Shown piece by piece: positions 9,404 to 17,513 of a stretch of DNA of 37,032 nucleotides. The notes below the pieces were generated by a model, which searched no databases, was not told the origin of the DNA, and worked only from the letters and a program-made list of their open reading frames with translations. The DNA is from a virus (lineage: Duplodnaviria; Heunggongvirae; Uroviricota; Caudoviricetes), in IMG/VR virus record IMGVR_UViG_3300047548_001872; one strand, written 5' to 3'. Every line of letters starts with the position of its first letter. Within the stretch, counting starts at the first letter, position 1. The translations under genes were made by a program, and so were the position numbers.

Positions 9404-9532
9404 ATGATGACAGGTGTATTCGACATTAAGAGTCCAAACTGGCTTTTTGGTAACAACGTACACAATACAGTTCAGATTGTGTTGTTGGGATTGATTGCTT
9501 ACAAAGTAGGTGCTTTGACTTTCAAAAAGTAA
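9404..9532 (+). CDS. Small (42-aa) single-pass membrane protein
   Basis: ATGATG at 9404 after an A/T-rich leader; hydrophobic TVQIVLLGLIAYKVGALTF; followed by a terminator. Confidence 0.55.
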   Translation: MMTGVFDIKSPNWLFGNNVHNTVQIVLLGLIAYKVGALTFKK

Positions 9533-9552
9533 TTCAAAGTTTTTAAAAGGAC

Positions 9553-9586
9553 AAAAAAAAGCCACCCTATTTAGAGTGGCTTTTTT
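9553..9586. terminator. Bidirectional intrinsic terminator
   Basis: A8-GCCAC-cctatttaga-GTGGC-T6 between convergent genes. Confidence 0.85.
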
Positions 9587-9624
9587 ATTTTGTTACAAGA
9601 TTTTAGCTTTAAAATTTATGCCTT

Positions 9625-9900
9625 TTAGTTTTTCCAAGTAATCTACTTAACTAATGACATTTGAGCGTCAACTATCTTGTTGAAAGCATTGGTTCTAAAA
9701 ACATTTGCCTCCCAACTTTGCATAGCCTTGCCGTTGTCAGTTTTCTCCATTTCGGTTTCTTTAAGCAAGTCTAAGGCTTCAGCCATAAGTTGTTTTGCCT
9801 TGTTTACTTTTTCATCGCCTGAAGGGTTAAAAGTTAAACCTACTGCTTTTTCGCCAAAAGTCAGTTCTCTTTGTGCTTGTGTTTCTACTTGATTTTACAT
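9625..9900 (-). pseudogene. Acb2/Acb4/Tad1-like helical-hairpin nucleotide sponge, interrupted by two in-frame stops
   Basis: M*NQVETQAQRELTFGEKAVGLTFNPSGDEKVNKAKQLMAEALDLL...NAFNKIVDAQMSLVK*ITWKN; TAA at codon 2 (9895-9897) and TAG at codon 86 (9643-9645). Confidence 0.55.
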
Positions 9901-9913
9901 AGTTGTTGCAGCA

Positions 9914-9937
9914 AATACCCTTGCAATCGGGGTTTTA
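9914..9937 (-). repeat. Intergenic hairpin, copy 1 (ACCC-CGATTGCAA-GGGT)
   Basis: Shares ccttgcaatcggg with 10507-10526; lies just past the lipoprotein stop codon. Confidence 0.6.
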
Positions 9938-9945
9938 ATTTTATT

Positions 9946-10488
9946 TTACCATTGATACGTGAGATAAACCTCAGCTTCAAAACCGTTTGCTGGTTGAGAT
10001 ATTGTAATTTTAGGTGGGAAACCTCCTGTTTGTGAGTAAATTGAAAAGCTAATTGAACTCATTAATTCTGGATTAGAGTTGTTTCCGTCAAAATCCCATA
10101 TTCCTAAAACATAATTTTGCTGAAAATTTGTGATTTCTACATTAGGCGTTAAGTTGAATGTGTAAGGAGTTAAATTAGAGCCAAAGGCGTTACTGTAATA
10201 TACATTACTAAAATATACTACATCACCACTCGCTGTTGAAATAACGGGGAAGATGTCAGCATATTCATTAGGAATATCATCCCAATAAGAATTGTTCGGC
10301 TTCAAATTCGGAAAAGACTTCACGACAATTTTAGTGATTAAAATTTTCGATGGGGTAATTTGTGTTGAACAATTATTGCCCGTAAATCCTTGTGGGCAAC
10401 CGCTTTCGGAATCTGAACTACATGAAAATAATAGCATAGCTAAAATTAGCATTCCGAAGATTAACAATAGGCTTTTTGTTGATTTCAT
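9946..10488 (-). CDS. Lipoprotein with EGF-like Cys motif
   Basis: Preferred ATG at 10488; signal peptide ending LLFS-C; CPQGFTGNNC motif. Confidence 0.75.
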   Translation of the reverse strand: MKSTKSLLLIFGMLILAMLLFSCSSDSESGCPQGFTGNNCSTQITPSKILITKIVVKSFPNLKPNNSYWDDIPNEYADIFPVISTASGDVVYFSNVYYSNAFGSNLTPYTFNLTPNVEITNFQQNYVLGIWDFDGNNSNPELMSSISFSIYSQTGGFPPKITISQPANGFEAEVYLTYQW

Positions 10489-10506
10489 GATTTTATTTAG
10501 CACTTA

Positions 10507-10526
10507 ACCTTGCAATCGGGTTTTTA
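10507..10526 (-). repeat. Intergenic hairpin, copy 2 (AACC-CGATTGCAA-GGTT)
   Basis: Same 9-nt loop as copy 1; lies just past the GT4 stop codon. Confidence 0.6.
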
Positions 10527-10539
10527 AGGGTTTGATTAT

Positions 10540-11802
10540 TTAAGAAAGTTTGTCAATGATGGTTTTGAATTGACTTGCGGTGTTCTTCCAACTCAAGGTG
10601 CTTACTCTTTGAAAAGCACTTTCGATTTTTTGATTCAAAATTTCTTTCAAATCGTCAGGCTCGTTTTTGAAGTTGTAGGCATACCCCATGACTTGTGTGA
10701 CTTCGTTAGGATTGGTTGTAAATCGAATTTTTTCAAAATCATTTACAAAGACGGTTCTTTGTGAAAACTTGAATGAAATACAATTTTCCCCATAATTTGT
10801 AATTTCAGGTAGTGAAGTGTGTTGTGGGCAAATCACAAGGGTTTTTGTTGCCATAGCCTCACAAATTGATAATCCCCAACCTTCTGCCGTAGTTGTGGTT
10901 ATGAAAATATCAAATGCGTTGTAAATTCGGTTCAATTGCCCCTCTGAAACCCCTTTGTTTTCATTAAAGTTTTTCGGAGTAATTACATCTTTGCTAAAAT
11001 CCAATCCAACCCTTTCGCAAAGTCTTGGGATGTTTATACCCATAGGGTCTAACGGGTTAGAGTGAAGGTACAAGGCAGCATCAACATCGGGATTGGTATG
11101 TTTGAACATAGCAAATCCAATAATTAGACTTGCCAAGTCCTTTCTGGCTGAATTTCTATTGACAGTTCCGAACAAGAAAGTATCTTTTCTTTCCTCACCA
11201 AGAATATCAATTTTTGATTGGATTTTTTCTTCTTCAGATAAAGGGAAAAAGTCGGTTGTGTTGCACCCGTGCGGAATGACCTTTATTTTTTTGAAATTGG
11301 ATTCCGAAGTCAATACTTTCATTGAGTTTTTGCCGTATTCGGTATATGTTACTACGGCATCAAAGAATGACAAAATATTTAAGTCGGATGGTCTTGGTTC
11401 ACTATCAATTGGAAAGTAAACAATAGACTTGAAATTTGGCTTGTTTTCCTTCTTTTTAGCCAACTTCACGTTTTTAAGATGCTCACCCATTTCGTTGAAA
11501 ATTTCAATGTCGTTCAGACAAAAAACCACATCAAAATCATTTTGGTACAACAAGTTCAAAAATTCAAGTCTACAATACACATCTTTTTTTGATTCCGATG
11601 TTGACAAGGCTGGGATTACAAACACGTTTGGCTTGTAGTTGTAATGCTTTTCCGAAAAGTCGTTTATTGCAAAGACTGTAATCTTTAAATTTGAGTCCTT
11701 GCTCCAATTGTCAATTAAGTTTTTCGATACGTGACCGAATCCAGTTGTGCATCCGAAATCTCCGAAAAAAAGTAAGTTTGTTTGTTTATTTTTTTTTGCC
11801 AT
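10540..11802 (-). CDS. Glycosyltransferase family 4 (GT-B)
   Basis: FFGDFGCTTGFGHVSKNL; VIPHG; DIFITTTTAEGWGLSICEAMA. ATG at 11802 abuts the upstream stop. Confidence 0.88.
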   Translation of the reverse strand: MAKKNKQTNLLFFGDFGCTTGFGHVSKNLIDNWSKDSNLKITVFAINDFSEKHYNYKPNVFVIPALSTSESKKDVYCRLEFLNLLYQNDFDVVFCLNDIEIFNEMGEHLKNVKLAKKKENKPNFKSIVYFPIDSEPRPSDLNILSFFDAVVTYTEYGKNSMKVLTSESNFKKIKVIPHGCNTTDFFPLSEEEKIQSKIDILGEERKDTFLFGTVNRNSARKDLASLIIGFAMFKHTNPDVDAALYLHSNPLDPMGINIPRLCERVGLDFSKDVITPKNFNENKGVSEGQLNRIYNAFDIFITTTTAEGWGLSICEAMATKTLVICPQHTSLPEITNYGENCISFKFSQRTVFVNDFEKIRFTTNPNEVTQVMGYAYNFKNEPDDLKEILNQKIESAFQRVSTLSWKNTASQFKTIIDKLS

Positions 11803-11803
11803 T

Positions 11804-12148
11804 TTATATTTTTTTGCCATTAATTTTAATCCAAAACACGCCATCCTTCAGCACCAATACATCGCTATAAGAAGTGCAATTAAACGCAATTCCTTCGTGC
11901 TTTCCTGTGTCGCCAATCAAAGGGATAACTCTATCAAAAAACTCGCCTTTATTTGACAACTCAATCTTCCAATCACCATCGTAGGTAATTTTGCCTTTTG
12001 TGCCATCAGAACACTCAAAAGGAATGCCCCTTTGGGCTAATGTCCAATTCGTATATTCTCCTGAATTTTGACCTTCAATTTCGATGCAATCGTCAGAAGA
12101 GCCATAAAGCAAAGTGTGGTTTTTTTTACTTTGGTATTCCATATCCAA
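11804..12148 (-). CDS. Hypothetical phage protein
   Basis: 114-aa ORF with YGSSDDCIEIEG motif; coupled to neighbours. Confidence 0.6.
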   Translation of the reverse strand: MDMEYQSKKNHTLLYGSSDDCIEIEGQNSGEYTNWTLAQRGIPFECSDGTKGKITYDGDWKIELSNKGEFFDRVIPLIGDTGKHEGIAFNCTSYSDVLVLKDGVFWIKINGKKI

Positions 12149-12299
12149 TCATTTTTTTGTTTTTGTCAAAAACGGGGTAGAAATAACCCACTTTTGAAGT
12201 TAATTTTTCTGCTTCAGATTTTGTCTCGACGAAAGTAGACCTGTTCATTTGAAAGAAGACCGTGACTTCCACGCCACAATCATTAAATAGTCGTTCCAT
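12126..12299 (-). CDS. Small hypothetical protein (57 aa)
   Basis: Hand-translated MERLFNDCGVEVTVFFQ...GYGIPK, directly behind the 12326 promoter. Confidence 0.65.
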   Translation of the reverse strand: MERLFNDCGVEVTVFFQMNRSTFVETKSEAEKLTSKVGYFYPVFDKNKKMIGYGIPK

Positions 12300-12325
12300 T
12301 TTTTAATTTTTAGTGTTTGTTAGTA

Positions 12326-12355
12326 CAAATATAAAATTAATATTTTATAGTACAA
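12326..12355 (-). promoter_or_regulatory. Early-type promoter with conserved leader
   Basis: TTG-N19-TATATTTG followed by TACTAACAAACACT. Confidence 0.8.
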
Positions 12356-12373
12356 CAAAAAATTGATTTTTTT

Positions 12374-13093
12374 TTAGTGGTTTTCATAATCGTGAATACA
12401 AGTAACTTCACGGACAACATAGCACTTTAGTCCATGTGCTTGGGAATGAAGCCTAATTCGCTCCCACATATCGCCATCGCTCGGAAAATAGCGTTCTTCT
12501 TCTTCCCACAAGTCTCGGTATTCGAAAGGTATTTGATTAAAGTCGATATAAGCCGAACTGTGAATTAAAGAAGCGTAGGCAGGATAATGCTCAACAACTT
12601 GACCATCGCAAACCATTTCAGGAAATACAGGGTTGTTTATGTATCGTGAAAGCGTATGAATAAAGGCAGGATTGCTTTTTGACTGAATAGCCTTGCTGAT
12701 TACTTCTAAGTGATTCGGAAGCCAAACATCGTCATGGTCTAAATGGCACATTTTACTAAACCCTCTATTTTTTGCCATTCGGATAGCGAAATTTAGTGCA
12801 TTTGCGCCTCCACAATTCCACAAGGCTACGTTATTCACTCCTAAATATTTGTCACGCTCTTTAGCGTAAGTCAAGTTTAGATGATACAGTCTTCCCTTCA
12901 TGGATGGGTATGTTTGCAAAAACCACTTTATAATTTCTGAAAACTCAGAACTATCCTCATATTTGTCACCAACAATAAACAAGGAAAAGTCTTGATATGA
13001 CTGGGTTGCGATGCTAATCAATGCACGTTTTATAAAATCAGGCGTTTGACCATCGGTTCTTTGGTAGGTGTGTAGTGTTACTGCGAGTTTCAT
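12374..13093 (-). CDS. Glycosyltransferase family 2 (GT-A)
   Basis: ALISIATQSYQDFSLFIVGD; HLDHDDVWLPNHL. Confidence 0.82.
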   Translation of the reverse strand: MKLAVTLHTYQRTDGQTPDFIKRALISIATQSYQDFSLFIVGDKYEDSSEFSEIIKWFLQTYPSMKGRLYHLNLTYAKERDKYLGVNNVALWNCGGANALNFAIRMAKNRGFSKMCHLDHDDVWLPNHLEVISKAIQSKSNPAFIHTLSRYINNPVFPEMVCDGQVVEHYPAYASLIHSSAYIDFNQIPFEYRDLWEEEERYFPSDGDMWERIRLHSQAHGLKCYVVREVTCIHDYENH

Positions 13094-13740
13094 TTTTTTC
13101 TAATTACAAAACAATTTCCTTCTTTCAATTCACTTGGATATGCCCCTAAATTGTTTTCGAGAGTGCCAATAACTTCATAATCATCAAGGGTCAGAAGCAA
13201 TTCGTTAACGACTTTCTTTACATCAGGACTATGGATGCTATCATTGTAATCGTCAAAAACGATGTAACCCCCAGACTTAACCAAATCAGAGTACATAACA
13301 AAGTCAGCCATTACCCCTTCAAAAGAATGGTCTCCGTCTATAAATAGAACATCAATTCTATTTGAATAACCTAAAACACTTGAATTGCTAAGTGCCTCAA
13401 TTACTTGATTCTTGGTTGCAATTTCTCGTGAATTACCCTGAATATATTTATAATAATTATTATTATTTTTATACTTTATTACATTTTCTAATACTTCTAC
13501 TTTTGGTATGGGTTCTCCTAAGTCAATGCTTATGACGGTTGTGTTTGACCTTTGCAGCATTAAACAAGAACTTCCACCTGCGTATGCTCCTATTTCAACG
13601 TAGTTTATAGGCTTTTCTCCAAAGCTTTCGGCTATATCAAAAAGGATGTGGTAATGATGGTGAAAAGTTGGCAAATTTGAAGAAATGCCTCTAACCAAGT
13701 CAAGTGATTTTTGGGTCGGTTTTATTGATTGTTTGCTCAT
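13090..13740 (-). CDS. Class I SAM-dependent methyltransferase (Methyltransf_24-like)
   Basis: YVEIGAYAGGS; IDVLFIDGDHSFEGV..D..LVKSGGYIVFDDY. Start at 13740 by ATGA overlap. Confidence 0.88.
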   Translation of the reverse strand: MSKQSIKPTQKSLDLVRGISSNLPTFHHHYHILFDIAESFGEKPINYVEIGAYAGGSSCLMLQRSNTTVISIDLGEPIPKVEVLENVIKYKNNNNYYKYIQGNSREIATKNQVIEALSNSSVLGYSNRIDVLFIDGDHSFEGVMADFVMYSDLVKSGGYIVFDDYNDSIHSPDVKKVVNELLLTLDDYEVIGTLENNLGAYPSELKEGNCFVIRKK

Positions 13741-14240
13741 TTTTTTAAATCGTTTTTTGTTTTTATTTTGTGGTGTTCTTCGCAAAGATACTGGTAGTTC
13801 GACAACCAACAACCACCACCTCCTTTGTGTACTGGAATAATGTGGTCTTTATGTATTGCTGAATAGCTTAATCCGTTCTTCATCATCTTGTACTCATCGG
13901 TTAAACCGCACTCAATACATGCAACTACACCATGATATAATTTTAAATAACTTGAAATTACTTCTGAATAGCCATTGATTATTGCCCAAATAGCTTGAGC
14001 AAAATATTTACACTCATCATTTGCCCAACGCTTTTTTTTGCCTTCCAATTTAGCACCGCAACCACAAGCACATGTATTTTCAATATTAGGGAACATTTCA
14101 ATAATTGACACTCCTTGAACTCTCAAGTAAGGATTAATTTTAATCCTATCGTAAATTGGTTTTGGGTCAAAAAAAAGAACTCTCTTTTGATAGTCCTTAC
14201 ATTCACGAACTTCCTTAATAGATAATTGATTATACAACAT
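13737..14240 (-). CDS. HNH endonuclease (zinc-binding)
   Basis: CIECG..HKDHIIPVHKGGG..NYQYLCEEHHKIKT; start uncertain. Confidence 0.8.
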   Translation of the reverse strand: MLYNQLSIKEVRECKDYQKRVLFFDPKPIYDRIKINPYLRVQGVSIIEMFPNIENTCACGCGAKLEGKKKRWANDECKYFAQAIWAIINGYSEVISSYLKLYHGVVACIECGLTDEYKMMKNGLSYSAIHKDHIIPVHKGGGGCWLSNYQYLCEEHHKIKTKNDLKK

Positions 14241-14841
14241 TTTTCTTGATAATTTTTGCAGGCGTTCCGACATAAACACCGCTTTCAGATAGATGAGAAA
14301 CAACCCCAGCGTTTAGCCCCACAACGATGTCTTTTTCAATAGTTATTTTCTCCTTAACAACCGCATTAGTGCCTAAATAAACGGATTCCTTTACGTGTAC
14401 ATTACCGCTGATATTTACATTTGGTGCGGTTGTAACAAAATCTTCTAAAATTGAATCATGACCAACGGTAGTATTCAGGTTTAAATGTACGTGATTGCCT
14501 AACTTTATGTTGGTTGTTAGAATACATCCAGCGCAAATTATAACTCCGTGTCCGACTTGTATTTTATATTTATCAATAATTTTGGCATCAGGTGAAATGA
14601 AGCTCCAAAACGCAATATTTTTAGGTAATTTTCTCAAAATTGACTCTTTGCTTTTAGGGTCTCCTACGGCAATCAAAGCAATATGCTCCATAAAATTAAG
14701 TTCAGTAATTCGGTGCAATCCGTCTTCTTCACGGTAATATTCATCATCGACAAACATTTTTAGATTTTTACCAAATTGGTCGTTATATGCTGCTCTTATC
14801 TCACGAGCAAAACCTCCAGCTCCTATTAATACTTTTTCCAT
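14230..14841 (-). CDS. NeuD/PglD-family sugar acetyltransferase (hexapeptide repeat)
   Basis: VLIGAGGFAREI; IAVGDP; left-handed beta-helix repeats with VGHD. TAATG overlap at 14841. Confidence 0.9.
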   Translation of the reverse strand: MEKVLIGAGGFAREIRAAYNDQFGKNLKMFVDDEYYREEDGLHRITELNFMEHIALIAVGDPKSKESILRKLPKNIAFWSFISPDAKIIDKYKIQVGHGVIICAGCILTTNIKLGNHVHLNLNTTVGHDSILEDFVTTAPNVNISGNVHVKESVYLGTNAVVKEKITIEKDIVVGLNAGVVSHLSESGVYVGTPAKIIKKNVV

Positions 14842-15026
14842 TATTTCTTTGATTTTAATGATTGCCATTTAGCCTTTTCCGATTCAGCCAATTCTTGTTT
14901 TGTCATCTCAGATTTGATTCTTGGCTTGTCATTTTTATAATCCCAAGCCCACAAAACTGACTTTCCTTCTGAATTTGCGATTTTCATTTCGCCATACGCT
15001 TTCAATAATCTTTGTAGACCACTCAT
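14841..15026 (-). CDS. Hypothetical protein (61 aa)
   Basis: Fills the gap with coupled start and stop. Confidence 0.55.
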   Translation of the reverse strand: MSGLQRLLKAYGEMKIANSEGKSVLWAWDYKNDKPRIKSEMTKQELAESEKAKWQSLKSKK

Positions 15027-15770
15027 TTATTTGATTTTTTGATAGTTAGAAAATTGTTCTTTAAACCATATTTTATCAAAAACTTGCTTTTTATATTCGA
15101 AATATGGATTGCCATCTCTATACAAATCCCAAGTTTCGTGATACGCAAGGTTTTTAGTTGTGTGAACCCATAATTTACCTCTTTGGCTTACCTCTTGAGC
15201 AATGTAGGAATCAACGTAAATTATGTTGTCAAAAAGGTTTAAGTTTTCATTTTTTACGGTCAATAGGAAGTTTCCAGTATGACCAACAGTGCATTGCCTT
15301 TTTTTGTCAGAATTATGCTTTATAGCGTGTGATTCATGCACATATTGCTCAACACTTAACGGATTTTCGTTACGATAATCATTTCCACCCCACAAATCAC
15401 AAGTTGATACTACAACATCGGGAAGCTCTAAACCCTCGAATATTTCCAAAAAGGTGTCTTCGATATTATAAACAAACAAATCTCCATCAGTAATTGTTAT
15501 GTATTGGTATTCGGAGAGAAGTTCTTTGTAGTCTTTCAAGAAAATGTTTATAGCTGAATTCGCTACATTTTCATCAAAGATAATATACCCCTTGAGCCAT
15601 TCATCATCAAGATATTCCGAGAAATAACTTCTGATTTTCTCTGTGTTTTCGGATGGATTTTCAACAACAAAAATGTCTGCTCCTTCCTTGCCAAAAATAG
15701 ATTGGAAACTATTTTGAATAATTTCAGGATGTTGATAAGCCAAAAAAACTATGATGTGATTGTTTTTCAT
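15027..15770 (-). CDS. Putative GT-A-fold glycosyltransferase
   Basis: IFVVEN, YITITDGDL (DxD-like); located in the glycan cluster. Confidence 0.55.
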   Translation of the reverse strand: MKNNHIIVFLAYQHPEIIQNSFQSIFGKEGADIFVVENPSENTEKIRSYFSEYLDDEWLKGYIIFDENVANSAINIFLKDYKELLSEYQYITITDGDLFVYNIEDTFLEIFEGLELPDVVVSTCDLWGGNDYRNENPLSVEQYVHESHAIKHNSDKKRQCTVGHTGNFLLTVKNENLNLFDNIIYVDSYIAQEVSQRGKLWVHTTKNLAYHETWDLYRDGNPYFEYKKQVFDKIWFKEQFSNYQKIK

Positions 15771-15771
15771 G

Positions 15772-16098
15772 TCAACCAGTGCTTTCTATAAATTCAATGC
15801 TTTTTTTACTAATTTTAAGAGGGCTTGGAAACGACTTGCTTCTTGCTCTATGTGTATAGACAAAAAAACCTTCTTTATCTGCACCCATAGAACACCCGTT
15901 TATCTTGGAAGATATTTTAAGCATCCCCGAAGGCTTTGTTAGACCAAAAACAGAACCATTGTTATATCTACTTGAAGAAGTAGCATATTTGAGTATTTCT
16001 TCTTTCATTTTAGAAGATAACTTTCGGCTTCCCTTAATTTGTTTTATAACATCAGGTTTTTGCTGACCTAAATTTGATTTTGCTTTCATTGTTTCCAA
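15772..16098 (-). CDS. Basic hypothetical protein
   Basis: 108-aa ORF coupled to neighbours. Confidence 0.55.
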   Translation of the reverse strand: METMKAKSNLGQQKPDVIKQIKGSRKLSSKMKEEILKYATSSSRYNNGSVFGLTKPSGMLKISSKINGCSMGADKEGFFVYTHRARSKSFPSPLKISKKSIEFIESTG

Positions 16099-16765
16099 AG
16101 TTTAAATTTGCTTAAATCAGGATAAGGCAACTCCAAATCCTCGTTATGCTTCTTACTCCCATCAGGATTATAAAATTGGTTCATCAACAACAAGCCTCTT
16201 GTAGCTAATTCAGGCATCATATAAAAGTTCCAACCAATAACTGGGTTGTCGTCAAAGTTGTCGTCGTGATAACTACACTCGCTTCTTCCGCTAAAACGGG
16301 CTTTTTTAGCCATTTGTAGGCTTCTTCGTCATCAAGTAGTATTGCGCCTCCTTTTGATAGCTTAAAATGCTTGTATGCTCCCGTAAAGGAAATACACATC
16401 ATTGATTCAGGAATGTACATATCTGCTGTAAATCGAAGTGCGCTATCCCAAACGTTTGTAGGTGTTAATTGATACGCCCCTTTTATGGTTTCGCCTTGAA
16501 CTTCGGTAAAATTAACCTTGCACCCAGCGTGAATGACTTCGCAAGGTACAGAGGGATAAGTTCTTTGCGGAACATCGACGATTGGCTTTAATTCCAAAAG
16601 ACTTGGGTAATCATTTAATTTTTTATGCTCTTTCATTTTCCAATAAGTCAAACAAAGAAACAAAGCATTACTTTGATTGTCCACGCACACAACGTATGGT
16701 GCGCCTGTGTATTTTGCCAATTCTTTCTCGAATTCAGCCGTAGTTTTATGTACTCCTTGTGCCAT
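16086..16765 (-). CDS. DegT/DnrJ/EryC1/StrS-family aminotransferase, split by a -1 frameshift at 16301-16307
   Basis: N-part EFEKELAKYTGAPY..NALFLCL..VWDSA..CISFTGAYKHFKLSKGGAILLDD; C-part ARFSGR..GWNFYMMPELATRGL in the -1 frame; junction CTA AAA AAG. Confidence 0.8.
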
Positions 16766-16767
16766 AA

Positions 16768-17511
16768 TTATTCTGATATTAAATAGTAAATATCAAACCC
16801 TTTAATTTTAATTAAACATCCGAAAATTCGCTCTAAATGATGAGCAATAGACCCATCTCCAATGTATCCTTCTTGAAACTGCGGATAGAACCTTTCATAA
16901 ATTTCATTTTCCTTCATCCATGAAGTCAATATTTCAAAATCAACCATAAACATTGTCCCAGCGACAAAAGAATATTCATCAAAATAGATTGATTGATGGA
17001 AGTACTCTTGCTCATATCCTAACAAATTTTGTGGCAAAATCCAAATACCCGAACCTGCCATTTTGAAGATGGGGTTTTCAACTATTGAATTAAAACAAAG
17101 TTGAAACTTTTCTGGTGAAGACAATAATGCTGAAACAAGATTATATCTCCATCTATTGCCTAATTCTGCTCCGTGAGCCAAACTCTTTTTTCCGTGCAAC
17201 TTTAATACACAATCGTAGGTTTTCCCTGATTGAATGATTTGATTTATAGTATCCAAGAAAGGGGCAACATCCAAGCCTCGATTCGGATATTTTTTAAAAT
17301 AGGCGTTTGGATATGTTGATTTTACTTTTTGCTCCAAATCGAAGTCTTGTGAACCTTCATTTGTTGTTACAAACAAATCGAAATCAGTAGTGATGTTTTT
17401 CAAATATGGAACAAACCATTCCCATAAATCTTGATAGTACAAGTGTAGTATAACGCAAACCGATTTTTTTTCGGCTATGGATTGCTGATGAAGAGAATGA
17501 AAACTATTCAT
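16768..17511 (-). CDS. Rhamnan synthesis F (RgpF)-like glycosyltransferase
   Basis: LHLYYQDLW; PNRGLDVAPFL; LKLHGKKS; FVAGTMF; HHLERIFG. Confidence 0.8.
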   Translation of the reverse strand: MNSFHSLHQQSIAEKKSVCVILHLYYQDLWEWFVPYLKNITTDFDLFVTTNEGSQDFDLEQKVKSTYPNAYFKKYPNRGLDVAPFLDTINQIIQSGKTYDCVLKLHGKKSLAHGAELGNRWRYNLVSALLSSPEKFQLCFNSIVENPIFKMAGSGIWILPQNLLGYEQEYFHQSIYFDEYSFVAGTMFMVDFEILTSWMKENEIYERFYPQFQEGYIGDGSIAHHLERIFGCLIKIKGFDIYYLISE

Positions 17512-17513
17512 GA

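Noticed and set aside
9625-9900. Genome-wide stop-codon reassignment to explain the internal stops
   Set aside because: Both TAA and TAG are involved, long genes need no recoding, and TAG and TGA act as tightly coupled stops elsewhere (e.g. 17514, 24700, 34620).
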